NCBI GenBank assembly: GCA_001821395.1
Contig: MHLM01000006.1
Location: 9,733-73,732 of the forward strand
Reading direction: 5' to 3'
Length of the DNA: 64,000 nt
Source: Candidatus Lloydbacteria bacterium RIFCSPHIGHO2_02_FULL_50_18
GTDB lineage: Bacteria > Patescibacteriota > Minisyncoccia > Phycocordibacterales > UBA6899
Part shown: piece by piece, positions 45,133 through 53,504 of the stretch
How positions within the stretch are numbered: the first letter of the stretch is position 1
Layout: every line of letters begins with the position of its first letter
Notes under the pieces: model-generated
Told to the model about the DNA's origin: nothing
Seen by the model: the letters and a program-made list of their open reading frames with translations, nothing else
Database searches by the model: none
Translations under genes and position numbers: made by a program

Positions 45133-45738
45133 GGTAATTTTGACGCACTACTTGTTATTTTTTTGCTCGGTCTTGGGGCAGTATCACTCATACAGCCCCT
45201 GCAACACTGCGCCAAAAATAACTTCGTATTGCATTCAAAATAATCTCAGCGAAACATATCGAAATACAAAACAACCGCGTTAAGCGGTTATTTCATCATC
45301 TCATTATCTTGCCGAAAGCGCAGTGAAGAAGTGCCGGAAACTATTGAGCACATTACCCTTCAAATAACTACTTTAATCAAAGTTGAAAAAAGTTAAAGGT
45401 ATTCCTAAGGAGATCGCCAGCACGTACGCACGGGGCGACAACCAGTGAATCCTCGGATATACATCATGGAAGCCTGTGGGGCCTTAATTATTTGAAGGGT
45501 GACATGTTCAAGAGCAGAACCTCTGCCACCGAAGCGAGTGAGAAGATCAGTACAGATGCATAATATCACAGATAATATCTTTTGTCAAGAGATTACCGTG
45601 TAGACATGAAAACTCAATCTTTTTGGGGAAGAGTCTTACTTATGGCATACTGAGAAGGAAATTGGCCGAAGGTATTCCGAAGCGTTTTTTCGAGCCACCA
45701 ATTTCTGTACTAAAGGCAGCATAGCACAACCATTTTTT

Positions 45739-46752
45739 ATGTCAAGCGATATTTCCCCTCAACACAAAGAAGCATTATTTTTGGACCAAAAACTCCGCCC
45801 CGAACGGTGGGAAGATTACATCGGGCAAAGCCATATCAAGCAGAATCTGGAAATCCTTCTCGCTGCAGCAAAAGAGCGCGCGCACCCTCCCGAGCACCTG
45901 CTCTTTTACGGGCCTCCGGGCTTGGGAAAAACGACGCTTGCGCACTTGATCGCAAAAGAAACTCAGTCACAGATGAAAAGCACTTCCGGCCCGGCGATCG
46001 AGAAGGTCGGTGACCTCGCGTCCATTCTTACAAACCTCAATCCGGGTGATATTTTATTCATCGATGAGATCCATCGTCTAAATAAAATGGTTGAAGAGGT
46101 ACTCTACCCCGCGATGGAATCAGGAATCCTCGACATCATCATCGGCAAGGGTCCTTCGGCACGGACAATCCAGCTTGAGCTTCCTCCTTTTACACTGATC
46201 GCCGCCACCACGCGTATTGCTCTTCTCTCGGCACCCTTGCGTTCACGTTTTTCCGGAGGGGTATTTCGTCTCGAATTCTACACGGAAGCGGAGATCGAGG
46301 AGATCGTCTCCCGCTCCGCTCTCATACTCGGGGTACCGCTCGCAAGCGGTGCGGGTCATGAGATCGCAATGCGCAGTCGATTCACTCCCCGTACGGCGAA
46401 TTATTTCTTAAAACGTGCACGTGATTTCGCCCAAGTGAGCAAAACCTCACTGAATGAACTAGCGGTCAAAGAAGCACTTCGACTTCTTGAGATCGATGAG
46501 ATAGGACTCGGGCAACCCGATCGACACATGCTCACCATTCTTATCGAAAAATTTGGCGGTCGTCCGGTCGGGCTTGGCACTATCGCCGCCGCGACAAGTG
46601 AAGAAGCCGCAACCATCGAAGAAGTCTACGAACCCTATCTCCTCAAGCTCGGACTGCTCGAACGCACTCCCCGCGGACGAATACCGACAAAGAGGGCATA
46701 TGAACATCTCGGGTTTGATTATCCGGAGGCCCTGCAGGAAAAATTATTATAA
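45739..46752 (+). CDS. ruvB: Holliday junction DNA helicase RuvB
   Basis: Walker [19 protein letters not shown]. Walker [11 protein letters not shown]. Winged-helix C-domain. Confidence 0.9.
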   Translation: MSSDISPQHKEALFLDQKLRPERWEDYIGQSHIKQNLEILLAAAKERAHPPEHLLFYGPPGLGKTTLAHLIAKETQSQMKSTSGPAIEKVGDLASILTNLNPGDILFIDEIHRLNKMVEEVLYPAMESGILDIIIGKGPSARTIQLELPPFTLIAATTRIALLSAPLRSRFSGGVFRLEFYTEAEIEEIVSRSALILGVPLASGAGHEIAMRSRFTPRTANYFLKRARDFAQVSKTSLNELAVKEALRLLEIDEIGLGQPDRHMLTILIEKFGGRPVGLGTIAAATSEEAATIEEVYEPYLLKLGLLERTPRGRIPTKRAYEHLGFDYPEALQEKLL

Positions 46753-46776
46753 TTATTTATTTTAATCAACACATAT

Positions 46777-47307
46777 ATGTCCGGTCACAGCAAGTGGGCG
46801 CAAATTAAACGGCAAAAAGGTGCGGAGGACTCGAAGAAATCGAAGGTATTTGGAAAACTCGGTAGTCTCATAGCAACGGAATCCCGTAAGGCCGGAGGTG
46901 ATGTCAACGCGCCGGGCCTGCGTATGCTGATCGAGAAAGCAAAAAAAGAGAACATGCCAAAAGACACAATCGAACGCGCCGTTAAAAAAGGCGCCGGAGG
47001 TGAGGTCGAGACCATGGAGGCACTCACCTACGAGGGGTACGGGCCGGGCGGCTGCGCGCTCATCATCGAGGCATTCACCAGTAATCGGAACAAAGCATCC
47101 CAAGAGATCAAACACATCTTAACAAGAAGCGGGGGATCGCTTGCCGCACAAGGAGCTGCCGCGTGGGCTTTCACAAAAACAGAGGAAGGATGGGAGCCAA
47201 ACTCCACCATTCCACTCTCCGACGAAGATGGTGCGGTACTCTCGACTATCATCGAAGACCTTGAGAACAATGACGAAGTACAGGAGGTCTTCACCAACGC
47301 CGACTAG
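46777..47307 (+). CDS. YebC/PmpR-family protein (short)
   Basis: MSGHSKWAQIKRQKGAEDSKKSKVFGKL signature N-terminus. 176 aa, which is shorter than typical. Confidence 0.7.
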   Translation: MSGHSKWAQIKRQKGAEDSKKSKVFGKLGSLIATESRKAGGDVNAPGLRMLIEKAKKENMPKDTIERAVKKGAGGEVETMEALTYEGYGPGGCALIIEAFTSNRNKASQEIKHILTRSGGSLAAQGAAAWAFTKTEEGWEPNSTIPLSDEDGAVLSTIIEDLENNDEVQEVFTNAD

Positions 47308-47471
47308 TCAATCACGAGAGGTGCTGCGACTGAAGTACTTTTCACGATTTGTTTTTTCATCATACAATACGCATCCCAGTAACTCAGTAGCCCGAGATAA
47401 AAAGCGGGTGACAATGTGTCATATCAACCACCATACTATTCGACATTTAGAGCATTTGCTACTATAAGCAA

Positions 47472-47855
47472 ATGCTCTATCATTCGAAAGCAAAATTGGA
47501 AAAATTGAAAAAGAAACGGATCGCGGCACGATATGATATGTCCGGACGACCGACCCCCGAAGAACGAGCACGAAGACTTTTGCATGCAGAGCCGATCTGG
47601 GGACCAATACTCCGCGAATGTCTCGCCATCGCGGACGAGAAAGAACGCAGTAAAAAGAGCACGAGTGGCTTTGCTGGTGCATGGGTCATGCAAGCACTGC
47701 GAGCGAAAGGTATCACTCCTCCAAACAATCTGCGTACCCCAGCCTGCCTTGGTATTTTGAAGTTAGTCGCGACGACACGCTCCGGGAATCGCGCCTACTA
47801 CCACATCCCCGATCCAAAAGGTCTCGCCAGGGCATTAAAAAGTTCGACCCGCTGA
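47472..47855 (+). CDS. Hypothetical protein
   Basis: 127-aa ORF. No family recognised. Confidence 0.3.
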   Translation: MLYHSKAKLEKLKKKRIAARYDMSGRPTPEERARRLLHAEPIWGPILRECLAIADEKERSKKSTSGFAGAWVMQALRAKGITPPNNLRTPACLGILKLVATTRSGNRAYYHIPDPKGLARALKSSTR

Positions 47856-47906
47856 GTAGCGAGGCTTCCACTGCTCCGCTCACCCCAATATCCACATTTG
47901 TGAATC

Positions 47907-48486
47907 TGCACATGCTTATCGTAGCGACCTGAATTTCACGACCGCAGGGAGATGAAATTGGAAGTACTCTCTATGGTGCAAATGCAAGATGAACCAATTG
48001 GTGGAGAAGACTTCATCTTCCTTTATGAATTAGGCGCTTCAAAATGAAGCTCCACGCAGCAAGCTGTACCCTCGCTCGCTCCGCTCCGCATCGGCGTGGT
48101 ATCTCAGGAGCTCCGCTCTAGATTATCTTGAGAAACCAACGGTTTCTCAGGCTCTTCCTCAGCGGAGTCCCCGCCGCAAGCGGACGGGGTATGGAGAGAA
48201 ATGAAGCCCCCCGAGGCAGAGCATACCCTCACTCCGCTACCGCTCCGTATCGACAGAATATCGAGAGATTCGCCCTAGACCACCCTGAGAAACCAACGGT
48301 TTCTCAGGCTCTTCCTTGGTGGAGACCCTGTAGTAGAACCACGAGGAATTGAGAGACTGAAAACTGGTGTGTCGATATTATCGATACCACAGACGGTGTC
48401 CAAAAAGGGGAGGTGTCGGATGAAACAAATTATCGAATAACTACCGCCATTATGTTTTCTCTTTGCACATGCTTATAGTAGCAAAT
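47907..48486. repeat. About 580-bp noncoding segment bounded by 21-bp direct repeats; contains two ~100-bp direct repeat units, each with the perfect 19-bp palindrome GAGAAACCAACGGTTTCTC
   Basis: Flank repeats TGCACATGCTTATCGTAGCGA (47907-47927) and TGCACATGCTTATAGTAGCAA (48466-48486). Palindromes at 48130-48148 and 48287-48305. Unit 1 about 48066-48160, unit 2 about 48224-48325. Confidence 0.5.
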
Positions 48487-48769
48487 GCGAAGAGTAAAAT
48501 TACTGTTGCAACTAATTTCCGTTAGGTATCACCACAATTCAGGGGAACAAGATTTCAAGAAATTATTTCGCACGAAGTTTCAACGTATCAAAAATACAAA
48601 GGGCCAGTTCGATCACCATGGGCAGGAGCCCGGGGGTTAATCGTCGGCTAGAGTGTGGAAGTGAAATAGGGCATCAGCGAAGCGCTGGTGAGTTTTACGC
48701 ACCGCAGCGCCTATTACTCAAACTGCGCGTCCATTCCCGTGCAGAGCACGGGATTTTAATTCCGCACAA

Positions 48770-48808
48770 TAAAAAGCCCCGCGCCGTATTTGCATACATG
48801 CGTGGGGC
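48770..48808 (-). terminator. Rho-independent terminator for the 625-aa gene
   Basis: GCCCCGCG...CGTGGGGC hairpin with T-run on the minus strand. Confidence 0.5.
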
Positions 48809-48851
48809 GATATTGAAGGTCAAAATATCAGCATGACACAAGAAATCCAAG

Positions 48852-50729
48852 TTACCCAGCATCAGACTTGCGGATACGGAAGACAAACTGGTAGCTCGCA
48901 CTCCACCTACCCGAGGGCTCCGCATGGCTCGTGTTGAGCCACAGACCATCATCGTTCCGATAGAGGTTGAATATGTTCGGGTAGCCATCGCGGACAGAAA
49001 TTTGTTTAATTCCTATGCGCATCCATTCGGGATTGTCAGTGGCGAGGCGCAGTGCGGGACCCACTTCGGGAGGACAGAGTTCCAGTCCCCACTCGTTTGC
49101 TCGCTTGTATATTTCATCAGTCGTTGCACCTTGTGAAAGTCCGAGGTCGAAAACGGTGAGGCGTACGAGTGCGATATGCTCGCCGGATGGAAGTGTGACG
49201 AACTCAGGACTTTCCAAGAGTTGCTGTGCATAGGTACCAATTTTGATGTTTTTCTCTGTAAGTGCATTGAGGTATTCTTCTTTGGCTTTTCCTCCGATCT
49301 CGATGTTGTATGTTTGGAGTTTGCCTTCGGGAAAAGTGGTATAGATATGTTCGATGTTTGATTGAAAGATTTTGGAGGAAAGTGTTCCCACATAGGCGAT
49401 AGTATCCGTGGTAACCTCGCCTTCATTGTGCGCGATCTGTTCTTTTGTGCAACCGAAGATCATTGGCATGTCTTCTCCGGGGTTTCTTTTATCGCGGAGT
49501 TCTTTGATGCGCGGGTCTTTCTTGTAGCCAAAGCCTTCTATCGAAGTGTCAACTTCATAGAGGAAGGTGAGGTCTTCTTTGGAGAATGATTCGCCCTTCT
49601 TTGTCTTCTGTTCAAGCAGCGTGAGATACCTCATGTCTTCCGACTTTTTTTCATAGGAGGCTCCATCGGGAAATTCCTTCATTTTCAGGGCTATGACGGG
49701 AGCGATGAAGGGGTCGATGTTTTGATTGGGAGCGATGCCGCGGACCTCAGCGATGCTTCCCTCTTGCATGCGGATGGCGGCACGGGGAATGACTGCTTCA
49801 CCGTCCTGGTTTATTGAGTAGTATACGAAGAAGTCACCTCCTTCGAGCTGTGTCTGTGCAGTGCTCATGTTTGCGGTGCACCATTCGAGGGGATAGCCGT
49901 CGAGTGAGCGGACGAGCGGGGTGGGGTCTGAGTGTTGCGGATAGGTGACCCACTCGCCGCGCGTTTCTTCAAGCCCTTCTTTGCTATATGCAGGAAGCTC
50001 GATCAAGAATTGGGTATAGAGCTTGGGGAAGCTTTCCCCCGCAAGGAGGGTGGCAAACTCCTCATCGAAAAGCTTAGTACTCGTATTTGGTACGGGCATG
50101 CGCTCGCCTTTTGCTTTTTGTTGCTCGGTGATGCGTTTTTCCATTGCGGCGACGACCATACCCAGTGCGCGAGGGTTGAGCGGAGGAAATGGTGCAACGG
50201 TATTCTTTTCACGCTTCGCAAAGCGTGCGGATTCTTTTCCTTCTTCGTCTTCCGCCTTCTCAAACTTTCCCATATTGACCATCTGGGTGAATGCCCAATA
50301 CTTTGCCCATATGGGGTATTGTGCATCGGGTGAAGTGAGATAGTCGACCCACTTATCGAGGCTTTCTTCTTGGGCATGGATGATTTCCTCCTGCTTTTTT
50401 TCTTTGTATTCGTTGGTGATTTCAACCGTACCATGTCCGAGATTGCGGGCGATGCGTTGCTCGAGGAGGTATGCGGCCTCGGGTACTTCGTCCGGAGTGA
50501 TGACGTATTCCTTTTTATAATAGTCCTTGATGCGCTCGAGGACTTCCGGATTGTCGGGGTGTCCCATGTGGGTCTCTTCAAGAACACGCATCCAATCCGC
50601 GATCTTGTCTGCGGGTTTTTGGTGTACTTCCTCACCTGCACGTGCGCGCTGTGTCTGCTCGTACTCAACGGGGTCGGAAATGTGGAGTGCGGGGTCTTTT
50701 TGGTGGAGGAATTGTTCGGGGGATTCCAT
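48852..50729 (-). CDS. Large hypothetical cytoplasmic protein (625 aa), no recognisable domain
   Basis: Long uninterrupted ORF with protein-like composition. Terminator downstream. Confidence 0.6.
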   Translation of the reverse strand: MESPEQFLHQKDPALHISDPVEYEQTQRARAGEEVHQKPADKIADWMRVLEETHMGHPDNPEVLERIKDYYKKEYVITPDEVPEAAYLLEQRIARNLGHGTVEITNEYKEKKQEEIIHAQEESLDKWVDYLTSPDAQYPIWAKYWAFTQMVNMGKFEKAEDEEGKESARFAKREKNTVAPFPPLNPRALGMVVAAMEKRITEQQKAKGERMPVPNTSTKLFDEEFATLLAGESFPKLYTQFLIELPAYSKEGLEETRGEWVTYPQHSDPTPLVRSLDGYPLEWCTANMSTAQTQLEGGDFFVYYSINQDGEAVIPRAAIRMQEGSIAEVRGIAPNQNIDPFIAPVIALKMKEFPDGASYEKKSEDMRYLTLLEQKTKKGESFSKEDLTFLYEVDTSIEGFGYKKDPRIKELRDKRNPGEDMPMIFGCTKEQIAHNEGEVTTDTIAYVGTLSSKIFQSNIEHIYTTFPEGKLQTYNIEIGGKAKEEYLNALTEKNIKIGTYAQQLLESPEFVTLPSGEHIALVRLTVFDLGLSQGATTDEIYKRANEWGLELCPPEVGPALRLATDNPEWMRIGIKQISVRDGYPNIFNLYRNDDGLWLNTSHAEPSGRWSASYQFVFRIRKSDAG

Positions 50730-50810
50730 ACTCCAAATCTATCAGAGATGGGTTTCTCCGTCTAACAGCGAACACTTGCTTCCTGATGTCCGATACTTAA
50801 TACTGATGTC

Positions 50811-51302
50811 ATGACTGTCTTAGCCATCGATCCGGGATTTGGGCGGTGTGGGGTTGCCGTACTTGAGGGAGACGGAGCGAGGGCAACCCTCCTTTATTCT
50901 GCGTGCGTGGAAACAGGTCCGAAGAATACTTTTCCTGAACGCCTACTTACGGTCGCAACTGAAGTGACGCGTCTCATTGAAGTGTATACACCGGAAACAA
51001 TGTCCATCGAGGAGATCTATTTCACCAACAACGCAAAAACGGCGATCAATGTCGCGGAGATCCGCGGCATGCTTATTTACCTTGCCACTTCACGAAAAAT
51101 TCCCCTTGTTGAATTCAATCCCCTTGCGGTCAAGATCGCCATAACGGGGTACGGCCGCGCGACGAAAGAGCAGGTTACCAAAATGGTGAAAAAACTTGTC
51201 GCTATCCCAAACAAGAAGATGCTCGACGACGAATATGACGCCATCGCCCTTGGCCTCACCGCTCTCGCCCACGCGCGACACACACAATCTCGAAAGCTCT
51301 AA
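50811..51302 (+). CDS. ruvC: Crossover junction endodeoxyribonuclease RuvC
   Basis: VLAIDPGFGRCGVAVLE N-terminal catalytic Asp context. ..DEYDAIALGLTAL.. C-terminal catalytic region. Confidence 0.85.
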   Translation: MTVLAIDPGFGRCGVAVLEGDGARATLLYSACVETGPKNTFPERLLTVATEVTRLIEVYTPETMSIEEIYFTNNAKTAINVAEIRGMLIYLATSRKIPLVEFNPLAVKIAITGYGRATKEQVTKMVKKLVAIPNKKMLDDEYDAIALGLTALAHARHTQSRKL

Positions 51303-51659
51303 CTCTATTAAGCGAGGGTTTTCCTTTTTGAGAAGCCTTGCGGAGGCCCATGAGCCCGGCATGGTCAACGCCGAAGGCGTTGCGGGCTCGCCGAGCAGAA
51401 TCACAATTTTTCGCTGGAAAAATTGATGATGAGCTTTTCAAAAAGGAAAACCCGAGCGCCCCTTTATCCACAGTTTTCTTCCCAACCCTTGCAAAAAAAC
51501 ACTGAAATATGTTACATAATGGATTAGCCCTGTGAGTTGTATTCTCTCTAGTGTTCCGACTGAGCATTCTACTCGGACGCCAGAGGCATCTCACGAACGT
51601 GTTGCATTGTTGTCACATGGGGTGGTCGGATTATGAATTAATTAAGGTAAAATCTAATC

Positions 51660-51818
51660 ATGAGCGATGATTTTCTCGCAGGAGGGGTCCTCCCGGGTGA
51701 TGATGCATTAGTAGGCGCGGATGATCCAAATGCGGTGAGCAGTGATGCTTTCCTCGATGAACTCGATCTACCTCTCGGAATTTTCGAGGAGGATGACGAG
51801 ATGCCTGAAGACGAATAG
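51660..51818 (+). CDS. Very acidic 52-aa small protein (below ORF-track size cutoff)
   Basis: MSDDFLAGGVLPGDDALVGADDPNAVSSDAFLDELDLPLGIFEEDDEMPEDE. AAGGT 11 nt upstream. Bidirectional terminator immediately after. The antisense Ser-rich ORF 51638..51826 is considered spurious. Confidence 0.3.
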   Translation: MSDDFLAGGVLPGDDALVGADDPNAVSSDAFLDELDLPLGIFEEDDEMPEDE

Positions 51819-51828
51819 CCGGTCACAA

Positions 51829-51860
51829 TAAAAAACTCGCCCTAGTGGGCGAGTTTTTTA
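51829..51860. terminator. Bidirectional intrinsic terminator
   Basis: A5-AACTCGCCCTAGTGGGCGAGTT-T6. Serves tyrS (minus) and the small ORF (plus). Confidence 0.65.
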
Positions 51861-51861
51861 T

Positions 51862-53310
51862 TTACTTGATGTCGAATGAAACGAACCGATGTTTTCCTAT
51901 CTTGAGGATGATCGGCTCATTGATCACCACCTGAGGATCGGTCAATTTTTCCTCTCCGTTCTTCTTGATCGCCCCATCGGTCATCAGTCTACGGAAGTCA
52001 GTCTTTGACTCAACGATATGCTGTGTGAGCAGCGCGTCGACAAGCAATGTTCCTCTTGCGACCGAAACGACTGGGATATCATCGGGAATTTCTTTTTTCT
52101 GGAACGTATTCACAAAATTCTCACGTGCACCCCTCCCCGCCTCTGCACCATGGTAGATATTCACGATCTGTTCGGCAAGGTCCATTTTCACCTCCTTTGG
52201 ATGCAGCTTACCGGATGCCAGTTTTTTCTCTATTTCTCTTACCTCTGCGACGGGTGTATAAGTACAGAGTTCGAAATATTTCGGCAAAACACTGTCAGGG
52301 ATACTCATTAATTTGCCAAACATATCATTCGGCTCATCCGTGATTCCCACATAATTATCAAGTGATTTCGACATTTTTTCTTTCCCATCGAGCCCGACGA
52401 GGAGATCGAAGGCAAGTACCGCTTGAGCTTCTTTTTTGGTCATTTCCATTACCTTCCTCCCGATAAGCATATTGAACGTCTGGTCAGTCCCGCCAACCTC
52501 AAGGTCACATGAGCCATATACTTGAGCAAGTACATCGGAGTCGATCCCCTGCATCACCGGATAGAGCATCTCATGCATGAACAGTGGCTCACTGCTTTTT
52601 ATGCGATCCTGAAACATGTCGCGTTCGATCAACTGCGCAAGAGAGATCTTTCTCAATACGGCGAGCATGTTGACCAGCGAGACACTGTGCACTGCGGTGC
52701 GGGAAAGAAAAGATTTTTGCATGCGCGTATTCTCGTACACGACGGCTTTTGAAACAAAAGAATTGGACGCGATAGGAATATTGATTTTCTTTCCGTCGAA
52801 TTCTGCCGTGAGCGCGCTCTGACTCGCACCCTCGGGAGTGATATCGGTGACTCCATAGAACCAGTCAGAATTGCGCATCCAACTGAATGACCGGCCATCC
52901 TTCATCGCACCAGAATCATCTCTTTCAACAAGAAGGATCTTGTCTACCTGATCAAGATACGTACGCATGTTCTCATTGATCGCCGCCTGGTCGACCTCCG
53001 GCCGAACTTTGCTTTTGCCGGTAGGGTCACCGATCAACGCGGTAAAATCCCCGATCAAGAAGATGACCTTCACTCCCATGTCCTGCATTTGGCGGAGCTT
53101 ACGCAGTACTACGGCGTGACCCAAGTGAATGTCCGGTCGGGTCGGGTCGACACCGAACTTCACGATAATCTCGGCATTACTTGTTCCATTCGCCCTTGCG
53201 ATCAATTTTTTGCGAAATACTCCATTGGGATCAACGAATGTGCCGACCCCGCGCGTCAAAATGTCGTCGACGCGTGCTTCTATCTCCTTTGTATTGTCTA
53301 TCTTTTCCAT
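51862..53310 (-). CDS. tyrS: Tyrosyl-tRNA synthetase (class I, with C-terminal S4-like domain)
   Basis: HIGH-type motif PDIHLGHAV. GDFTALIGDPTGKS. KMSKS present (KMSKSLDN). C-terminal S4-like region. Confidence 0.75.
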   Translation of the reverse strand: MEKIDNTKEIEARVDDILTRGVGTFVDPNGVFRKKLIARANGTSNAEIIVKFGVDPTRPDIHLGHAVVLRKLRQMQDMGVKVIFLIGDFTALIGDPTGKSKVRPEVDQAAINENMRTYLDQVDKILLVERDDSGAMKDGRSFSWMRNSDWFYGVTDITPEGASQSALTAEFDGKKINIPIASNSFVSKAVVYENTRMQKSFLSRTAVHSVSLVNMLAVLRKISLAQLIERDMFQDRIKSSEPLFMHEMLYPVMQGIDSDVLAQVYGSCDLEVGGTDQTFNMLIGRKVMEMTKKEAQAVLAFDLLVGLDGKEKMSKSLDNYVGITDEPNDMFGKLMSIPDSVLPKYFELCTYTPVAEVREIEKKLASGKLHPKEVKMDLAEQIVNIYHGAEAGRGARENFVNTFQKKEIPDDIPVVSVARGTLLVDALLTQHIVESKTDFRRLMTDGAIKKNGEEKLTDPQVVINEPIILKIGKHRFVSFDIK

Positions 53311-53504
53311 AGAACAAATCCTAACATGGTGTCTTTAGTTTGTCTTATGAACCCATTTTTTGTGATAAACTGTGTAGGATTTGCATATTTTGCGAATTTC
53401 TTCTTTACTACACTTTCTTGCTTCCGAATTGTAGAGCGCGAGAGCGTAGCAGGAAGCAGTGCTTGCCCTCGGGGCAACATGAACACACGCAGACCTTACT
53501 GAAT

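Noticed and set aside
45133-45738. RNase P RNA or tmRNA in the 600-bp ORF-free gap
   Set aside because: I looked for P4/CR-I motifs (AGGAAAGUCCGGGC, ACAGAA..CGGCUUA) and the tmRNA tRNA-like ends and found none. The region stays unassigned.
51638-51826. Minus-strand Ser-rich 62-aa ORF
   Set aside because: It is antisense to the acidic 52-aa ORF, which has an RBS and a terminator. The Ser-rich composition is typical of antisense translation of an Asp/Glu-rich frame.
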